64,000 nucleotides of DNA from contig NOWV01000012.1 in assembly GCA_003344405.1 (NCBI GenBank), positions 868,001 through 932,000 on the forward strand, given 5' to 3'. Below, piece by piece: positions 41,119 through 54,805 of this stretch. How positions within the stretch are numbered: position 1 is the first letter of the stretch; every line of letters starts with the position of its first letter. Position numbers and translations under genes: made by a program. The notes under the pieces are model-generated. The model was not told the DNA's origin and did no database searches. It was given only the letters and a program-made list of their open reading frames with translations. Origin of the DNA: Trichoplax sp. H2. Taxonomy: Eukaryota.

Positions 41119-42603
41119 ATGGATATGACACTGAACACAGATATTGATGTTGTGGATCAATTCGTTATATTCTCCTTTTTCTCCCAGGATGAATTGAATT
41201 CTTTTACCACTTTGCAGCAAAGTCACTTTAATGGTGCTTTTCCTAATACACGACCTATTCAGAATATTGTTGGCAGCGATAGTGACATATCTACTACCAA
41301 AGACACACCTGAAAAGATACAATCCACTTCCAGTTCGCAAGATTTCACGCCAAAGTCATCGCCTACAAATAGGGATGAAGTTGAAGTAAAAAGAAATTGC
41401 CAGACTGAGGTGACTTCAACGGAACCAGATGAACCAATTCAGTCATTCACGTCCGATGCTCTCTCAACAGATTCCGTAAATCACCATAATAAAGTTGATG
41501 CATTACATAGTTGTAGCAGAAAATCGAAAAAAGCAAGCAAACGCAAATTGCAAGCTCACTTAAGTGACGATGATACAAGTAATACAGCTTCTAGTTCGGT
41601 TACAAACTCCACAAATAATATACATGATGTTCGCAGGAGAAAATATCGTGAGAATGAATTCAAGAAAAAACAAGACCGTCCAAATGCTTTACTTGGAACA
41701 TGTATGCAATCTATACCGGACGTCAAGTTTCCTGTACCCAAATCTCCCCCTATTAAACGTTGGTGTGTTACTTGCCCTGAAGAGCAATGGTTACACGAAC
41801 GTCGAAAGGATAGCAATATACGACTACGCTTCCAAGCGGATTACAGGCATAACGATAAAGATGGTAACCCTGCTCGGAACAATAAAACTAAGATTGAACA
41901 ATCTGACCAGTCCGACTTGAAAAAGGCCGGAAATAACCGTGGACAAACTCTTGAGCTTCACGGTAAAGGTCAACATAATTGGCGCTTAGATCGGACTGAT
42001 CGTAGGGCAGGTTGTAAAGTTAAAATAATACATGACAATCGTACGAGAGGTAGCAATGAAATTCTGAATATATCTGATCGCCAATATCTCGCTACGCCTA
42101 CTTCTCTGGATGAAATAACCGACTTCGATGGTGATAGTAGTAACGTGAATGATTCATTTTATTACTCAAATTCTTCATCAGCTGAAGAAGGTGAAGTCTC
42201 TGTTGATGATAAAACGTTGAAATTTCATACGCCTCAAATGATTGCAATGAAATCACTATATCATGAAAATACTGACATTATTCATACGAGTGATACCGAT
42301 GCCAGTGACTGGAATAGGAAGGTAACTCACAATAAGAAAGAACGCGAAAGACGCTCAAAACAGAAAGTTCAGTTCTTTCGCTTACAACAGTCTCACCCTG
42401 ATTTAGTTCGATTAGAAAAATGCCCCAAGATAAAAATACTTCAATCTGCTATAAATCTTATTCATAATTTGTACGATGAGGAGCAAAGGTTGGTTAACAT
42501 CAAAATGATTTTGCGAGATAAAAATGGTAGATTAAAGAATAAACTACAGACTTTACGGCAAGCAGTTGATATGGGCAGGAAAGAAAGATATGGAATACGT
42601 TGA
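41119..42603 (+). CDS. Divergent Myc-family bHLH-leucine zipper transcription factor, 494 aa ORF
   Basis: C-terminal RKVTHNKKERERR..FFRLQQSHPDL...KCPKIKILQSA..EEQRL..L..LKNKLQTL parallels the Myc bHLH-ZIP; Ser/acidic low-complexity N-terminal region. Confidence 0.85.
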   Translation: MDMTLNTDIDVVDQFVIFSFFSQDELNSFTTLQQSHFNGAFPNTRPIQNIVGSDSDISTTKDTPEKIQSTSSSQDFTPKSSPTNRDEVEVKRNCQTEVTSTEPDEPIQSFTSDALSTDSVNHHNKVDALHSCSRKSKKASKRKLQAHLSDDDTSNTASSSVTNSTNNIHDVRRRKYRENEFKKKQDRPNALLGTCMQSIPDVKFPVPKSPPIKRWCVTCPEEQWLHERRKDSNIRLRFQADYRHNDKDGNPARNNKTKIEQSDQSDLKKAGNNRGQTLELHGKGQHNWRLDRTDRRAGCKVKIIHDNRTRGSNEILNISDRQYLATPTSLDEITDFDGDSSNVNDSFYYSNSSSAEEGEVSVDDKTLKFHTPQMIAMKSLYHENTDIIHTSDTDASDWNRKVTHNKKERERRSKQKVQFFRLQQSHPDLVRLEKCPKIKILQSAINLIHNLYDEEQRLVNIKMILRDKNGRLKNKLQTLRQAVDMGRKERYGIR

Positions 42604-43470
42604 ATTTGTAAAATTTTAATCCCGTCGATTTTAGACTATCAAGCAACGACAATTAATTAAATATCCTTAGGTAAAAGAAAGAGGATCGATTTTAACGTCT
42701 AGGCTATACATTTTCATTATGCTAATAATTTCATGGATAATGTTATGACTTTTACTACTGTGCATTGCCCCTTTTCCTTCGTCTTAGCCGTCAGTAAAGA
42801 CATCCGAAATCTGTACATATTAAATGGTTAAATAGTGCTAATAGGAAGTGCTCTTGATTAGCAGTTATAATCTAATTTGTATTTATACATGCTTATTACT
42901 GTACAGTCGAATGGCTTAATGAATATATACTCTATTGCTGCGATTTGGCATTTTATGATATAAAGACTACGATCAATGTCTAGACATTGAAACAACAGTG
43001 ACATTTGAACGTAAATTGGTATTCTGTAAATATTATAGCGGCAACATTGTGCGAACTTTTATATCTGATACTTGCGTTTGTTGTTTAAGAAATTTTTTTA
43101 TTCTAATGCACTTAATCCTTATCTAGACTGACTGAGCTGAGAAGTAAGCATTTTAAACGTATTTTTTTATTGAACTTTGGCCACTGAAGCTATTTTTCCC
43201 TACATCTCTAATTCTTGTCCTATTTTACTGAAATCCCTTGTTTTATGAACGATTTTGTATAAATGCTTTCATAATTTATTAAAAGAAGACTAAATTGGTT
43301 ATCCGTAATCTGTTGAATCAAATTCCTTGATCGAGGGAGGGTCTTGATCGCTTCGCTACCGCAACCAGTAGCCAACGTAGAATGCACACTGTCCATAACC
43401 AAAGAGATTATAAGTTAATTTAAATAACTTTATTTTCCTGATTCCTTGCTGATATCGAGCTATATCATCA

Positions 43471-44113
43471 TCTTTAAATTGTGGATTATTTGATATGAAC
43501 GTTAGGACATAAAGTAAGGATTTTCAACTGATCCATTTTTACATTCGATCTTTAAATTGTGAATTATTTGATATGAACGTTAGGACATAAACTAAGGATT
43601 TTCAACTGATCCATTTTTACATTCGATCTTTAAATTGTGAATTATTTGATATGAACGTTAGGACATAAACTAAGGATTTTCAACCGATCCATTTTTACAT
43701 TCGATCTTTAAATTGTGAATTATTTGATATGAACGTTAGGACATAAACTAAGGATTTTCAACCGATCCATTTTTACATTCGATCTTTAAATTGTGAATTA
43801 TTTGATATGAACGTTAGGACATAAACTAAGGATTTTCAACTGATCCATTCTTACATTCGATCTTTAAATTGTGAATTATTTGATATGAAAGTTAGGACAT
43901 AAACTAAGGATTTTCAACTGATCCTTGCATTCGATCTTTAAATTGTGAATTATTTGATATGAATGTTAGGACATCAAACTAAAGATTTTCAACTGATCCA
44001 TTCTTACATTGGTGCTATAAATTGTGAATTATTTGATATGAAAGTTAGGACATAAACTAAGGATTTTCAACTGATCCTTGCATTCGATCTTTAAATTGTG
44101 AATTATTTGATAT
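43471..44113. repeat. 78 bp tandem satellite, about 8 copies
   Basis: TCTTTAAATTGTG.ATTATTTGATATG at 43471, 43549, 43627, 43705, 43783, 43861 and onward; later units carry small indels. Confidence 0.97.
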
Positions 44114-45470
44114 AAACATTCATCATGTTGGTACCGCGTGCGCTCATATTTAACGGTATACTGTATTTGCGTTAAAAGTAATGACACTGAATTATAGCAC
44201 GTTAGTCTGTTGAGGATGATAATCCGTCTCCTAGCCATTGATAGGTTTCATGGCCTACATGATAGCTCCATTCACCGTTGTGTGCCTGCACACTCACTCA
44301 GTGTAGATTGCATTACAGAGCAACTGCATGTCTGCATCGAATCGATTGGATATCCCTAGAGGTTCAATTTTTAAGCTTGAAAATATGTTGCATACGAATG
44401 AAGTTGTCGAGACTAGGATATTGCAACTTTAACAGTCGTTCAATTGGAAGAGTTGATCCTATTTTCAATCTGCTTTCAATTTCAACCCTTGACCTGTTAT
44501 GGTCATCTTTGCGGGATATCACTTCGTCAGTCGTCTATTGAACTCCATAACTCCCAGCTGATCAATGCTGTATACAGTAGGTTATTTTTAATGAATGATC
44601 GTGATTCATAGTCTAGTGATGGATGAAAAATCAAGATCATTTCGTTGAGACGATTTTTGTGACTTGCCATATTCTACTGAACCCTAACTCTACATCACAT
44701 TATTGTATTGCTTTCAAATTAGCTCAAACGCCAAGCCAAATAAATATTCAGCATCAACTGGATTTGCAAACCTCTTCCCAACTTCCACGTCTACCTGTCT
44801 GTCTGTCCATAGCATCTTTCAGTGACAGTTCGGACTGTTCCGTACCGTGCCTAGTACTGAACCGCTCCAGTCCAGGCTAGAGCCAATCCACGTGACGATC
44901 ATACGCAAGGTACAGTACGGCTTATATATCAACGACGTCTAGGATCGACCGATTGCAGAAGTCGTTGGTAGTGCCTATGGAATTCTATTGGATCGACTCG
45001 TGTCCAGGACACTAGGGTCTCAATCAATTGCTCAAGCTGAGGTGACGTAGCACTTGAGCTATATAGATGATAACGGTTTGAACCGAACCGAACCGAACCG
45101 GTCTCAGGTCTATAATAAATTGAGCCTCCAAGAGAGATGTTGCAAGTGGGCTAAATTGATGGTTAACTAGGCGACCACTTTGAAACTAAGGCATAAATGA
45201 CTGGATTAACTTGTAAACCAGTTTATGGCTAAAACTTGATCAGTTAAATAGCCGCATTGAGATCAATGTCGATCACTAGGTGTTTTATGCAGATTTGCAA
45301 ACCAGCTGATACATACTTTTTGCACCAAGGCTTTCTACTAAAAGTACAGGATGTGATATAGTGACTATCATACCGTAAGTCGTCTATCCTACTCGACAGT
45401 GATACTCATACACGCTGCAATGACTATAGGACAGTATGGCCAGCAGTGGACTGGAGTCGGCTTGGGAGCA

Positions 45471-45520
45471 CTCACGTGACCCGTCGATGGAACATGCGTA
45501 GACGCATGTGATGACGTCAT
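45471..45520. promoter_or_regulatory. Candidate Rab9 cis-module: TCACGTGA (CLEAR/E-box), short inverted repeat, ATGACGTCAT (CRE)
   Basis: TCACGTGA 45472-45479, ACATGCGT-AG-ACGCATGT 45492-45509, ATGACGTCAT 45511-45520, in a locally GC-richer patch ~1.1 kb upstream of the Rab9 ATG. Confidence 0.45.
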
Positions 45521-46564
45521 GATGAGCTCGATGAGTGGATTGGGTGAAATTGCAACTGAGCGTTAATCGGCAAACAGGATGAAGGTCTTTGACCGCCCCA
45601 AGCCAGTGTTTACATCACCTTCACTGTGGCGTGTGCATTGCTAGTCAAAATCATGACCATCATTTTTGCCTGATTGGAATTGATTTAAAGACAGCGTTGA
45701 TGATGGCGGGGAGTCTCTGATGGATGATCATGACTGACATGTAGGCAAGATCTTATAGGAAATTCAGGAATAAATAGAGAAGAAAAAGACGCGTAGATGA
45801 TACTTGGTCATTGATTGATAGGGATATGCCATAAAAGATTGCAATTTTTCTACGCCTGTTTGTAGAGATTATTTTATTTTGATCCAATAGTTGAGTGGAT
45901 TGCATTATCGTCATCATTATTACGGTGTTTTATGCCTATAGTCATTTGGATCGATCATCAGGATCCCATGATCAACCATTTTAGGATACAAGAACTTTTG
46001 CCTGTTGTTACTTTAAAATTTTGCAACGGACTAAGAGAGAGAGAGAGAGAAAGACGACCCCAACTGCAGTAAATTAGATCGCTTACAATTGACTTTTCCA
46101 ACTTGATTAGATCTCGGGGAAAGGGTAAAAGTTCCTTTTTTTTTTGGGATTTTATTTTGAATGGATTCATCTACTAACTGTTTACAACTACGAACGCAAT
46201 TGGATTATTGAAAGCCGTTCCAAACCGAATATTCATTTGATATCAGGACGATCAAACGTTTAACCTTAATTCATGACAAGCCAAAATACACACCTAAATT
46301 AGAGCCAAATAGCGTCAAAGGACGAATCTTTCTATTGAATTGGTGGCTGGGTAAAAGAAGACGTCAACAACTACTGTACTTTCCTTATTTTAACCGAATT
46401 ATTCCTAGTGAACAATTAAAATACTCATTCCTACTTGAACGCATACACTCTACTAACTTACCAAGTGGTTAGTCATTCGATCCATTTGGACCATTCATAT
46501 TGGGATACGCCTAGCAAATCATTATTGCCAGTACCCTACTGTACATGCACAAAAAGACAACATT

Positions 46565-47197
46565 ATGGCGAATGACAAAGCTGCTATATTACTCAAAGTT
46601 ATCCTATTAGGGGACGGTGGTGTTGGCAAATCATCTTTAATGACTCGATTTATACAAGATAAATTCGATGAAAATTCATACCACACTATTGGCGTCGAAT
46701 TTCTGTCCAAAAACATCAATGTCAATGGCATTACTTACACTATCCAAATTTGGGATACAGCTGGTCAAGAACGCTATCGCAGTTTGCGTACACCATTTTA
46801 CCGTGGTGCTGATTGTTGTTTATTAACCTTTGCCTTAGACAATCGTAATAGTTTTGACAATTTAGCTACCTGGCGTAAAGAATTTATATTCTATGCTGAT
46901 GTTAACGATCCTGAAACATTTCCATTTGTAGTCCTTGGTAATAAAGTAGATATACAACATGAACAGCGACAAATTCATCGTAGTGAAGCTGAAGAATGGT
47001 GCTACAATAATTATCAAATGCCTTACTTAGAGACGAGTGCTAAAGATTCAACAAATGTTGAAGTTGCTTTTGTCAAAGCAATTGAAAAAGCTGTTAAATT
47101 AGAAGAAAAAGTAGCTATTAAAACTGATTTTAACAGTACAATTGATCTAACCAAATGCAAAGGTCGGAACAACAAAAATAACAGTTGTTGTACATAA
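46565..47197 (+). CDS. RAB9: Rab9 small GTPase, intronless CDS
   Basis: GDGGVGKS, HTIGVEFL, WDTAGQERYRSLRTPFYRGADCCLLTF, FIFYADV..PETFPFVVLGNKVD, ETSAK, terminal CC prenylation motif. Confidence 0.96.
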   Translation: MANDKAAILLKVILLGDGGVGKSSLMTRFIQDKFDENSYHTIGVEFLSKNINVNGITYTIQIWDTAGQERYRSLRTPFYRGADCCLLTFALDNRNSFDNLATWRKEFIFYADVNDPETFPFVVLGNKVDIQHEQRQIHRSEAEEWCYNNYQMPYLETSAKDSTNVEVAFVKAIEKAVKLEEKVAIKTDFNSTIDLTKCKGRNNKNNSCCT

Positions 47198-50100
47198 TTC
47201 TATAGGCTATTCATCTACATGAAGGATATATTATAATTTAAACTTACTCTTCAACCATGTACGAGTCAATCAATTCCATTTCTTTTTCTTATGGATTATC
47301 ATCAATTTTGACTACTGTATTAATTCATATGCTAACGATAGATGATAATTCGTGTTATAAATTGTTAAAGTAATTACGGATTTACGATAACGGTAGTCAG
47401 TGACCAGATTAGCTAAAGGTGTAGACAGACAATCAATCACTCGATAAAAGTAGAACTAGCAAAATTGTAATATGAATGCAGTAGGTAATCAGTAAGTATT
47501 GTTGTGTCATATTTCATGAAGTACATCAGTGCGTTATTTCTAGATGTTATCAAATTGTACGAAAGTTGCACTTAGAGTATGATAGCAATGACTCCAAGAT
47601 TAGATTAATCGTTACTACCTTACATTACCTCTCTAGTTAGTTGTTATAGTGTGGCTTACAAATTCGACACGTAGTTTACATCTCGATGAAAATCTTCTAC
47701 GCTGTATCAAGATAGGCGGTCGTGATTTTTTAAATATTCATACCGATCACAAATCATTTCAAGTACAGTCCTACCTCTATAATCCATGTCATGACATCAT
47801 AGTCTCAATTTTTTACATTGATATTAGCAATATGTAGCCACAAAAGAAATGTATATTGTAGACTATACCATTTTCATTAGTTATGATTGTGATATAAATT
47901 TTTAAAATAATCAGAAATATAATGGCTAAAACACTTGCCAATACGAAATATGAATTATTATGATAGATAAATCAATCGCATCGCTACTAACATACTGGGC
48001 AACCTTTGCCTTTTAGTGCTTGCGTGGACGTATCCGTGACTGTTTTAATGTTTTACAGTATGCGGCAACGTGAATAAATATTCTGTTCCTGTGCTATGTT
48101 ATGGTTAAATTGTAGCTAAAGTCAAAATTGCACTTTAGCTGTAAATCAATATTTGCGATGCATAGGATAGATTACGATCTTAATCTGGTCTATCAGTTCA
48201 GTAGAGAGAAATGAAATCAATTTCGATTGATAGTATAATCTACCAAATTTGACTAAAATCTTTGTAATCAATTTATAACAGATTCGTTAAGTTTAATAAA
48301 TAATAAGTTTTCAATATAGCGGCTTTATATATTCTTGAAATGGAACAATATAATGGTGGCTAACGTTGCCACAGGTGTACAATATATAATATATATTGTA
48401 TAATATTATAATATTATTATTGTATAATATTATAGTAAATTTTTCTTGGGATGAGTAACAATCGCAATGTTATAGTCGATACACAATCAATCACATTCAG
48501 TAATATATATCTCATATGAAGTTCATTTTAAGTCGCGCCTTGTAGTATGTTGTAACGATATTTTTAATTTAGGAGATCTATCTTTATTTACGAACAGAAC
48601 AGTTCTTTAGATTAGAAACGTAAAAGTTTAAACTTTACTTCATCATAAGCTTAGGCCACAATCTCAATGGTTAACCGTAATTAGGATTATCATTATTTAC
48701 ATTTATAATATCTTAGTACGCATAAAGATAATTTTTACTAAGAATTTGTTAATGCAATCATGAGAAATTTATAATTAGACAAAGGATATCATGTTGGAAT
48801 CATGTAATGAATATTTTCCTTACTGAAATCATTGTGATCAACAATCTTCAATTAAAAATCATCGACATTGTATGATTGCCATTTCTTTTACCGTTCACTT
48901 AATATGCTGGTAAGTATGCATATTATGATGGGCATGGATAATGGATAGATATGATATGGTAATTAATGTCATTTATTAATCTCTCATTATACTCAGATAT
49001 ACAGATCCTATACGGTCATACAATAGTTAGATTAGAATAAAGTAATATTAAAAATTTCGGATGAAGGAGAAATACGAACTGACTACCGTACTGTATTATC
49101 TAGATTTTTTTCCTTTTTTAATCGAACACTACTGTGCCGGGTAAATTGATATCTTCAAGTTTTAATCTTATCAGTTTCGGAATAAAAATTGGATATTTTT
49201 ATACAATAACTTACCACTTAAAAACTTATTAAAAGAAATTCTAAGCCAGTTTTATAATTTTATTAAGTAATTGCTATCGCTACACAAATATATATTATCT
49301 AGCAGATTTCATTCGGAAATTTCTTTACTACAAATTGACCGATGATACTGAATCATTTATTACAAGACGGTAATATATGAGATTATTTTAGATTATATAT
49401 TAATCGTATATTAATATATATGGGTATATGTAACGGTGCAAAAACTACATTTAATTAGTTATTAACCCCGTAATACAACATACTTTCTAGTTGTATTTCT
49501 CTATGCTGTGCAGGTGGGCTGAGACCACACGCTATATAATTATATCCAAGTGAGATTTTTTAATTTAGATACGTTTTAAATCTTTTTACTTGATATCATC
49601 GCTCGTATGTAATAGACTAAAAAGTCTGATCTTATTTTCTATGCAAAAACAACATACGTCAATAACTGGTCAATTGTACCGGAATAAAATTAGATATGAG
49701 TCATACTATTCTTTATAATTTCGCTATTGTGTGTATTGTATGCAGATAACCTGCACTCTACTACTGTATAGAATTTTATACTTATTGGATGTTTTCTCTC
49801 AATACATAATGCTTTCTAATCTTTCTATCGCGATTATTATTTTACAATGACACCTTTAATCTGGGCTACTGCAGATATAAGTAGCTTTTAACTAATAAAA
49901 TGATAATTTTATTTTTAATATTACTATTTGGATCAAAGTTTACTGCCAAACTATTCTGTACAGCACTGCATAATCTCTAGATAAATTGGACAACCCTTGC
50001 TAATGATGTATTCTTACTTTATCAAAAGTTTACCAATTGCGACAGAAATTGAATGCATATTTATCTTTTTTATAGCTTATCATATTCAAATATTATATCA

Positions 50101-53100
50101 TTTGATTTTCTTTAATAATAGTTGAAATGAGATTTAGTAGATAATTAAAAACTCGAATTATGATGCTAAATGAAAACACGAATTCATAGGTTGTAGTAAT
50201 TAGTTAAATCTTAGAATACTACTAACTATATTTTTAGAGTTGCTTATCTATCCAACACTAATTAAAATGCAATAAAGGATCAGTTACTGTATGTATTGTT
50301 TTTTTTAGCCTATTCTTTGATTTATATACGTACACTATCTCATAATTTAGGTATTGATGTCAAGCTGGGAAAAGTTTGGCTACTAGAAAGACGCATTGTA
50401 TATTATATAATTGACGTGCATTCTAGTAGATAATATGCTGTACTACAGAAGTAATAAAAATTTCAATAACTTCCAAACATATAAATATTTGCTTTGATAA
50501 TCATTTTCATTCTCAAAATTGTTACGGCTTGCTTGTTTCTATAGCAGAAATATGAGATAACAGTACTTTCAATGTAATTCATTTTTCGTAATCATATTCT
50601 CCCATATTTGATGATATATCCCCTTGCTTTATTTATTTCTGTGTTAATTCATTATTGATTCGTAATCCGATCTTGTAATTGATCATTACGGCATATTATT
50701 TTTGATGCTTTGATAATAATTATGTTTTCGACCAAGATTCACAGTCTGTCATTTTTTATTGGGCACGTATTTTACATGAATTACCTTATATATCATTGTT
50801 TATCAGGAAAAGCATGAAACAAATATTCATAATACCTTCTATTACCAAACATGAAGTTTACATCATTTTATTTTTGTATATTGTAAACATATTCTACATT
50901 AATTGCCATATATATCATTGTTCAACAGAAATAATGCTGGACGAATTTTCACAATACCTTTTCCTTTTCCTTAACGTGAAGTTTATATCAACTTATTTTT
51001 GTATAATATCAAGTGTTGGCAATCAGGCTGATATGAATGACGCGAATAAATAGTAAAGTTTAAAGCATAAATCTGTTTCAAAGAATTTCTAAACTGATTC
51101 AAAGATCTATACAGCATTCCGATCGCTGTAAACTTTGTAAACTTCCTTGTTTATGCTGCATTCTGTCAAGAATATTAAATCAGTTATACTCGTATGGCTA
51201 TTTGGCACTTCCTCAATAATAAAACTACGTTACTTTAGAGTAAAAGAATAGTAGAAAGTCAGGATAAGAGATTTCCAGATAATGATTTTTGAGTTACAAA
51301 ATAGCCATTATGCGTATGATTATAGCCACAACATGTACTTATAAATATAATTTGAAGACTTATTATTTCGATCAGTTCCAATTTCGATTTGATTTCAAGA
51401 GATAAACGCGCTTACTACCACGATTGCTACCATTTGTAGCATATAAACTTGATAGCTCTGCCTCGAAGTAGAAATTTAATCTTGATAGAAAGAAAGGATT
51501 ATAAACTACTACATTGTTATTTGTTGGTGCCCGACAATCGTATATATTGGATCGAAACATCCTTCACTTATGGAACTTAAATGGATTAAAAATATGGCTA
51601 CTGGTGTAAAACATAGATGGCAACTTTGCAAGTATAGATTACTGTAAGCTTTACTGTAGTGGTGGTATATGTTACGTTTAAAGCAATTAGCTTGATCGAA
51701 TTGTTGTAAAAGTTGTTAATTTTTCCAAATTTATTGAATGATATAACTAGTTCTATACTATTCTTTATACACTAATTCAAATCAATACTGGATTATGAAT
51801 CGATTTTAGAGATCAGGATAGAGGTTTAGTCTCGGTCTTAAAAATTTGAATTCAACTTTCAACTGAATATTTAAATCTGCTATCAATATAAAGTACTTGA
51901 AGACTTTCCGCAAATTCTTTCTTCTGTGTTAGATCGTGAGAGATTCTGTATTGATAATAACAATGTGAAGAAAAGGCTATTTATATTACTTTGGCTTAAA
52001 TTAACTTTCTAATTGAAAAGAAAGAGTATTTTAACATAAATTCAGCCTGTTTAGGCGATTGGTCTACTCCAGTGACCCTGCTGCCTATTGTGTGCAAGTT
52101 ATGATTGACATTATCATAACTTCGTTTAGAAGTTAGTTATTAAAAGATATCACAGTAAACTAATTAAATCAGTTCTATGAGTTGACTTTAATATAGTGCA
52201 TCAATACTAGCATCCTTAATAATTACGACTATTAATTTCAAAAATATTGGCAGTAAGAAATCAATGCGGCTTTGAATTCAATCTATTTATCAAATCAATT
52301 ACGTTTACATACTGGTCCCACTATCTTCTAGCATGATTCAAGGAATAAGCAATTTAGATACTTAAATTGAATTATTTGTTTTTGATAGTAGCAATACCTC
52401 AACGATTATGCTAAAGCTGTCAAAACTCATAAAACGTAATGATGTACATGTTAACTGTTTATTGATGTGGTCTAAATGGATCATTCTGTTTTTTATCAAC
52501 TTTACATCTCACTTGATCCAGATCAGAGATTGTAAAGGTAAAGTTTTTTACCCGAATAGCGATTTAAGAAGTCAGTATACTGTGATTATCTAGTTATATT
52601 GATAGGATTCTGATATAATAATTTATTGTATATTTACAATAATGAGATTAGAATAAAATTTCCTATTCAAGGTGAAAAAACTTTAAATGATTAATGCGTA
52701 TCCGCGTAAGCAACATGACGGGAAACTCTTTTATGCTTACAATATAGTACAGCGTATATCACTTCTAAATAATACATCATCGAGTACGTCATTCGAGGGA
52801 AAAATATTCCAAAATGTGATACAGAAAGTCCCTACAGATAAAAGACTTTTGCTTATCGATAGGCAACCTCGATAAATTGATTTACTAAAGGCATGGATGG
52901 TACGATGATCTATGCCATAATAATGGATCGGTAAAAACTTTCTTCACAGAAATTTTAATGGTGCAGATGTCGTTTCTATTGTATTAGTTCAATAGTACTT
53001 ATAGGTTTATGCGTATGCTAGATTGATCACCAACATTTTTTCTATGATTGGTATTGATATCGATTTAATTAATCTAATTATGCATTAACAGCGTCATCGA

Positions 53101-54805
53101 CATTAATTATTTATTCGTCGCGCTAAGAAGTAAATCGTAATTGGAAATCGTCTCATCTCTGTAAATGGATGGGGTTTGCTTGTTCTTAATGACATTTTTA
53201 AAGTAATAGTAGTATAACATTTGCTAATTTTCCTTTACTTTAAAGTGTTATATATTCAAAATGGTAAAATCTCGAAATTGCTATAATACATCGCTTGACT
53301 CACGTACATACAATATCACGTTAAAATTGAATTTTTGAATATGTCTGTCATGATATAGCGTTATTTTTTTCTGCACAGGGGTTCACTGAATTGCACTAAT
53401 TTTTTGATACCTAGATGATATATTTATGTTTACTAAAGGATATTCAACTAAGACTAGCTGTATCTTAGTAATTTTAGTGTCAATCTTGCTTATGAATTTG
53501 TATAGATATTCTTTCCCTTTAAAGACTTTGGATACAACTATGGCATTGTATCATTTATGTCTGTAGTTCTATTCTATCTTGATATTATGAAACAGAGCCG
53601 AGTACTGCAAGTTAAAATTTACGTAAAGCATAAAATAATCTTAACAAATTAAAGGGCGTTGAGATTTTATGCACTTGTGTAATTCTGATGGGATAGGCGA
53701 AGGTAGATACTATTATATAAGCGTATAATTATACGAAAACACAAAGTGATTTTTATCGCATGGATAATTGGGCTATCTACCTTTCGTCTACCTATAACAA
53801 AGGTAGCATTATTTGGAAAGGAAACTAGCAACATACGGAAGTGTTATGTCCTCAATCATTGAATGTTGTTCTAAAATACACGTGTAAATGGGCTCAAGAT
53901 TTCGATCTATCTTCCGTCTCTTGATATGTACATTTATTGTGATACAGATATGCACTCATCCACTTCAAGCTCAAGCCACACATACTGTCTAAAATACATT
54001 ATCGTCCGCAGGCACATTTAAAATCGATAACAAGAGATCCAACATAACATTATATTAATAGATTTCAATATACGATCAAATGATAGTTAGTTATTTTATA
54101 ACATTTACGACTTAAGAAATAAGATTTCTATGAACTAGCTAAATTCGTAATATGCTAGCTGAAGACTTATATAACAATACTATAATATCATTTTACACGG
54201 TAACAGCAAATATCTTTCCTATTAAGAGATACAATTGAATATTAATTCTAAATGAAGCAAAGAAAGTTAAGTAATATTAGCAGATAAAAATTTCTTCATC
54301 AATGTGTTATAAAGTCGACAGGTATAGCTAATTGATGTACTTTAACAACGTTCTAGAACTGCAGTAAATTTCAGGTTTTAATACCATGTTGCATACAACT
54401 GAGTATCGAGAACATTAAACAACGTTATACAGAAATGCCAAAACAAAGTGTACATTACAACAGTAAGTATGTACAAGTTTAATATTAATCTAAGTTTAGA
54501 TAAGAGTGTTTTCGTTGTATACAGTAGACAAAACTTGGACTGCAAATACAACAGTCTAAAGAATTAAAACAAGATCATAAGTAGCTTAATTTTCCTCGAT
54601 ACAGTTGACACAGTCACAAGTGAACGCGATCGAAGACGCTAAAGTAATCAAATAATAATTATTAGTGACTCTTGCTTCTTTTGCAGAGTCGTTAAATGGC
54701 ACTTGTAAAGTGCAATTTGACTAAGTTCTAAAACGTGTACTACAAGTAGAACGTCCGATTTCAATTGAGTTTGAATACGACACAGACAAAATAAAAAAGT
54801 TATTT

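Noticed and set aside
45081-45100. (AACCG)4, with a similar tract near 30828, as a transposon subterminal motif
   Set aside because: No terminal inverted repeats, target duplication or transposase found.
48780-49550. Exon-like segments in phase (DFIRKFLYYKLTDD.. / WAETTRY..)
   Set aside because: No start, continuation or homology could be established.
50790-53000. Further faint GPCR-like fragments (CQI..DR on minus, AIIMDR* on plus)
   Set aside because: Too degenerate; hydrophobic translations are expected from AT-rich DNA.
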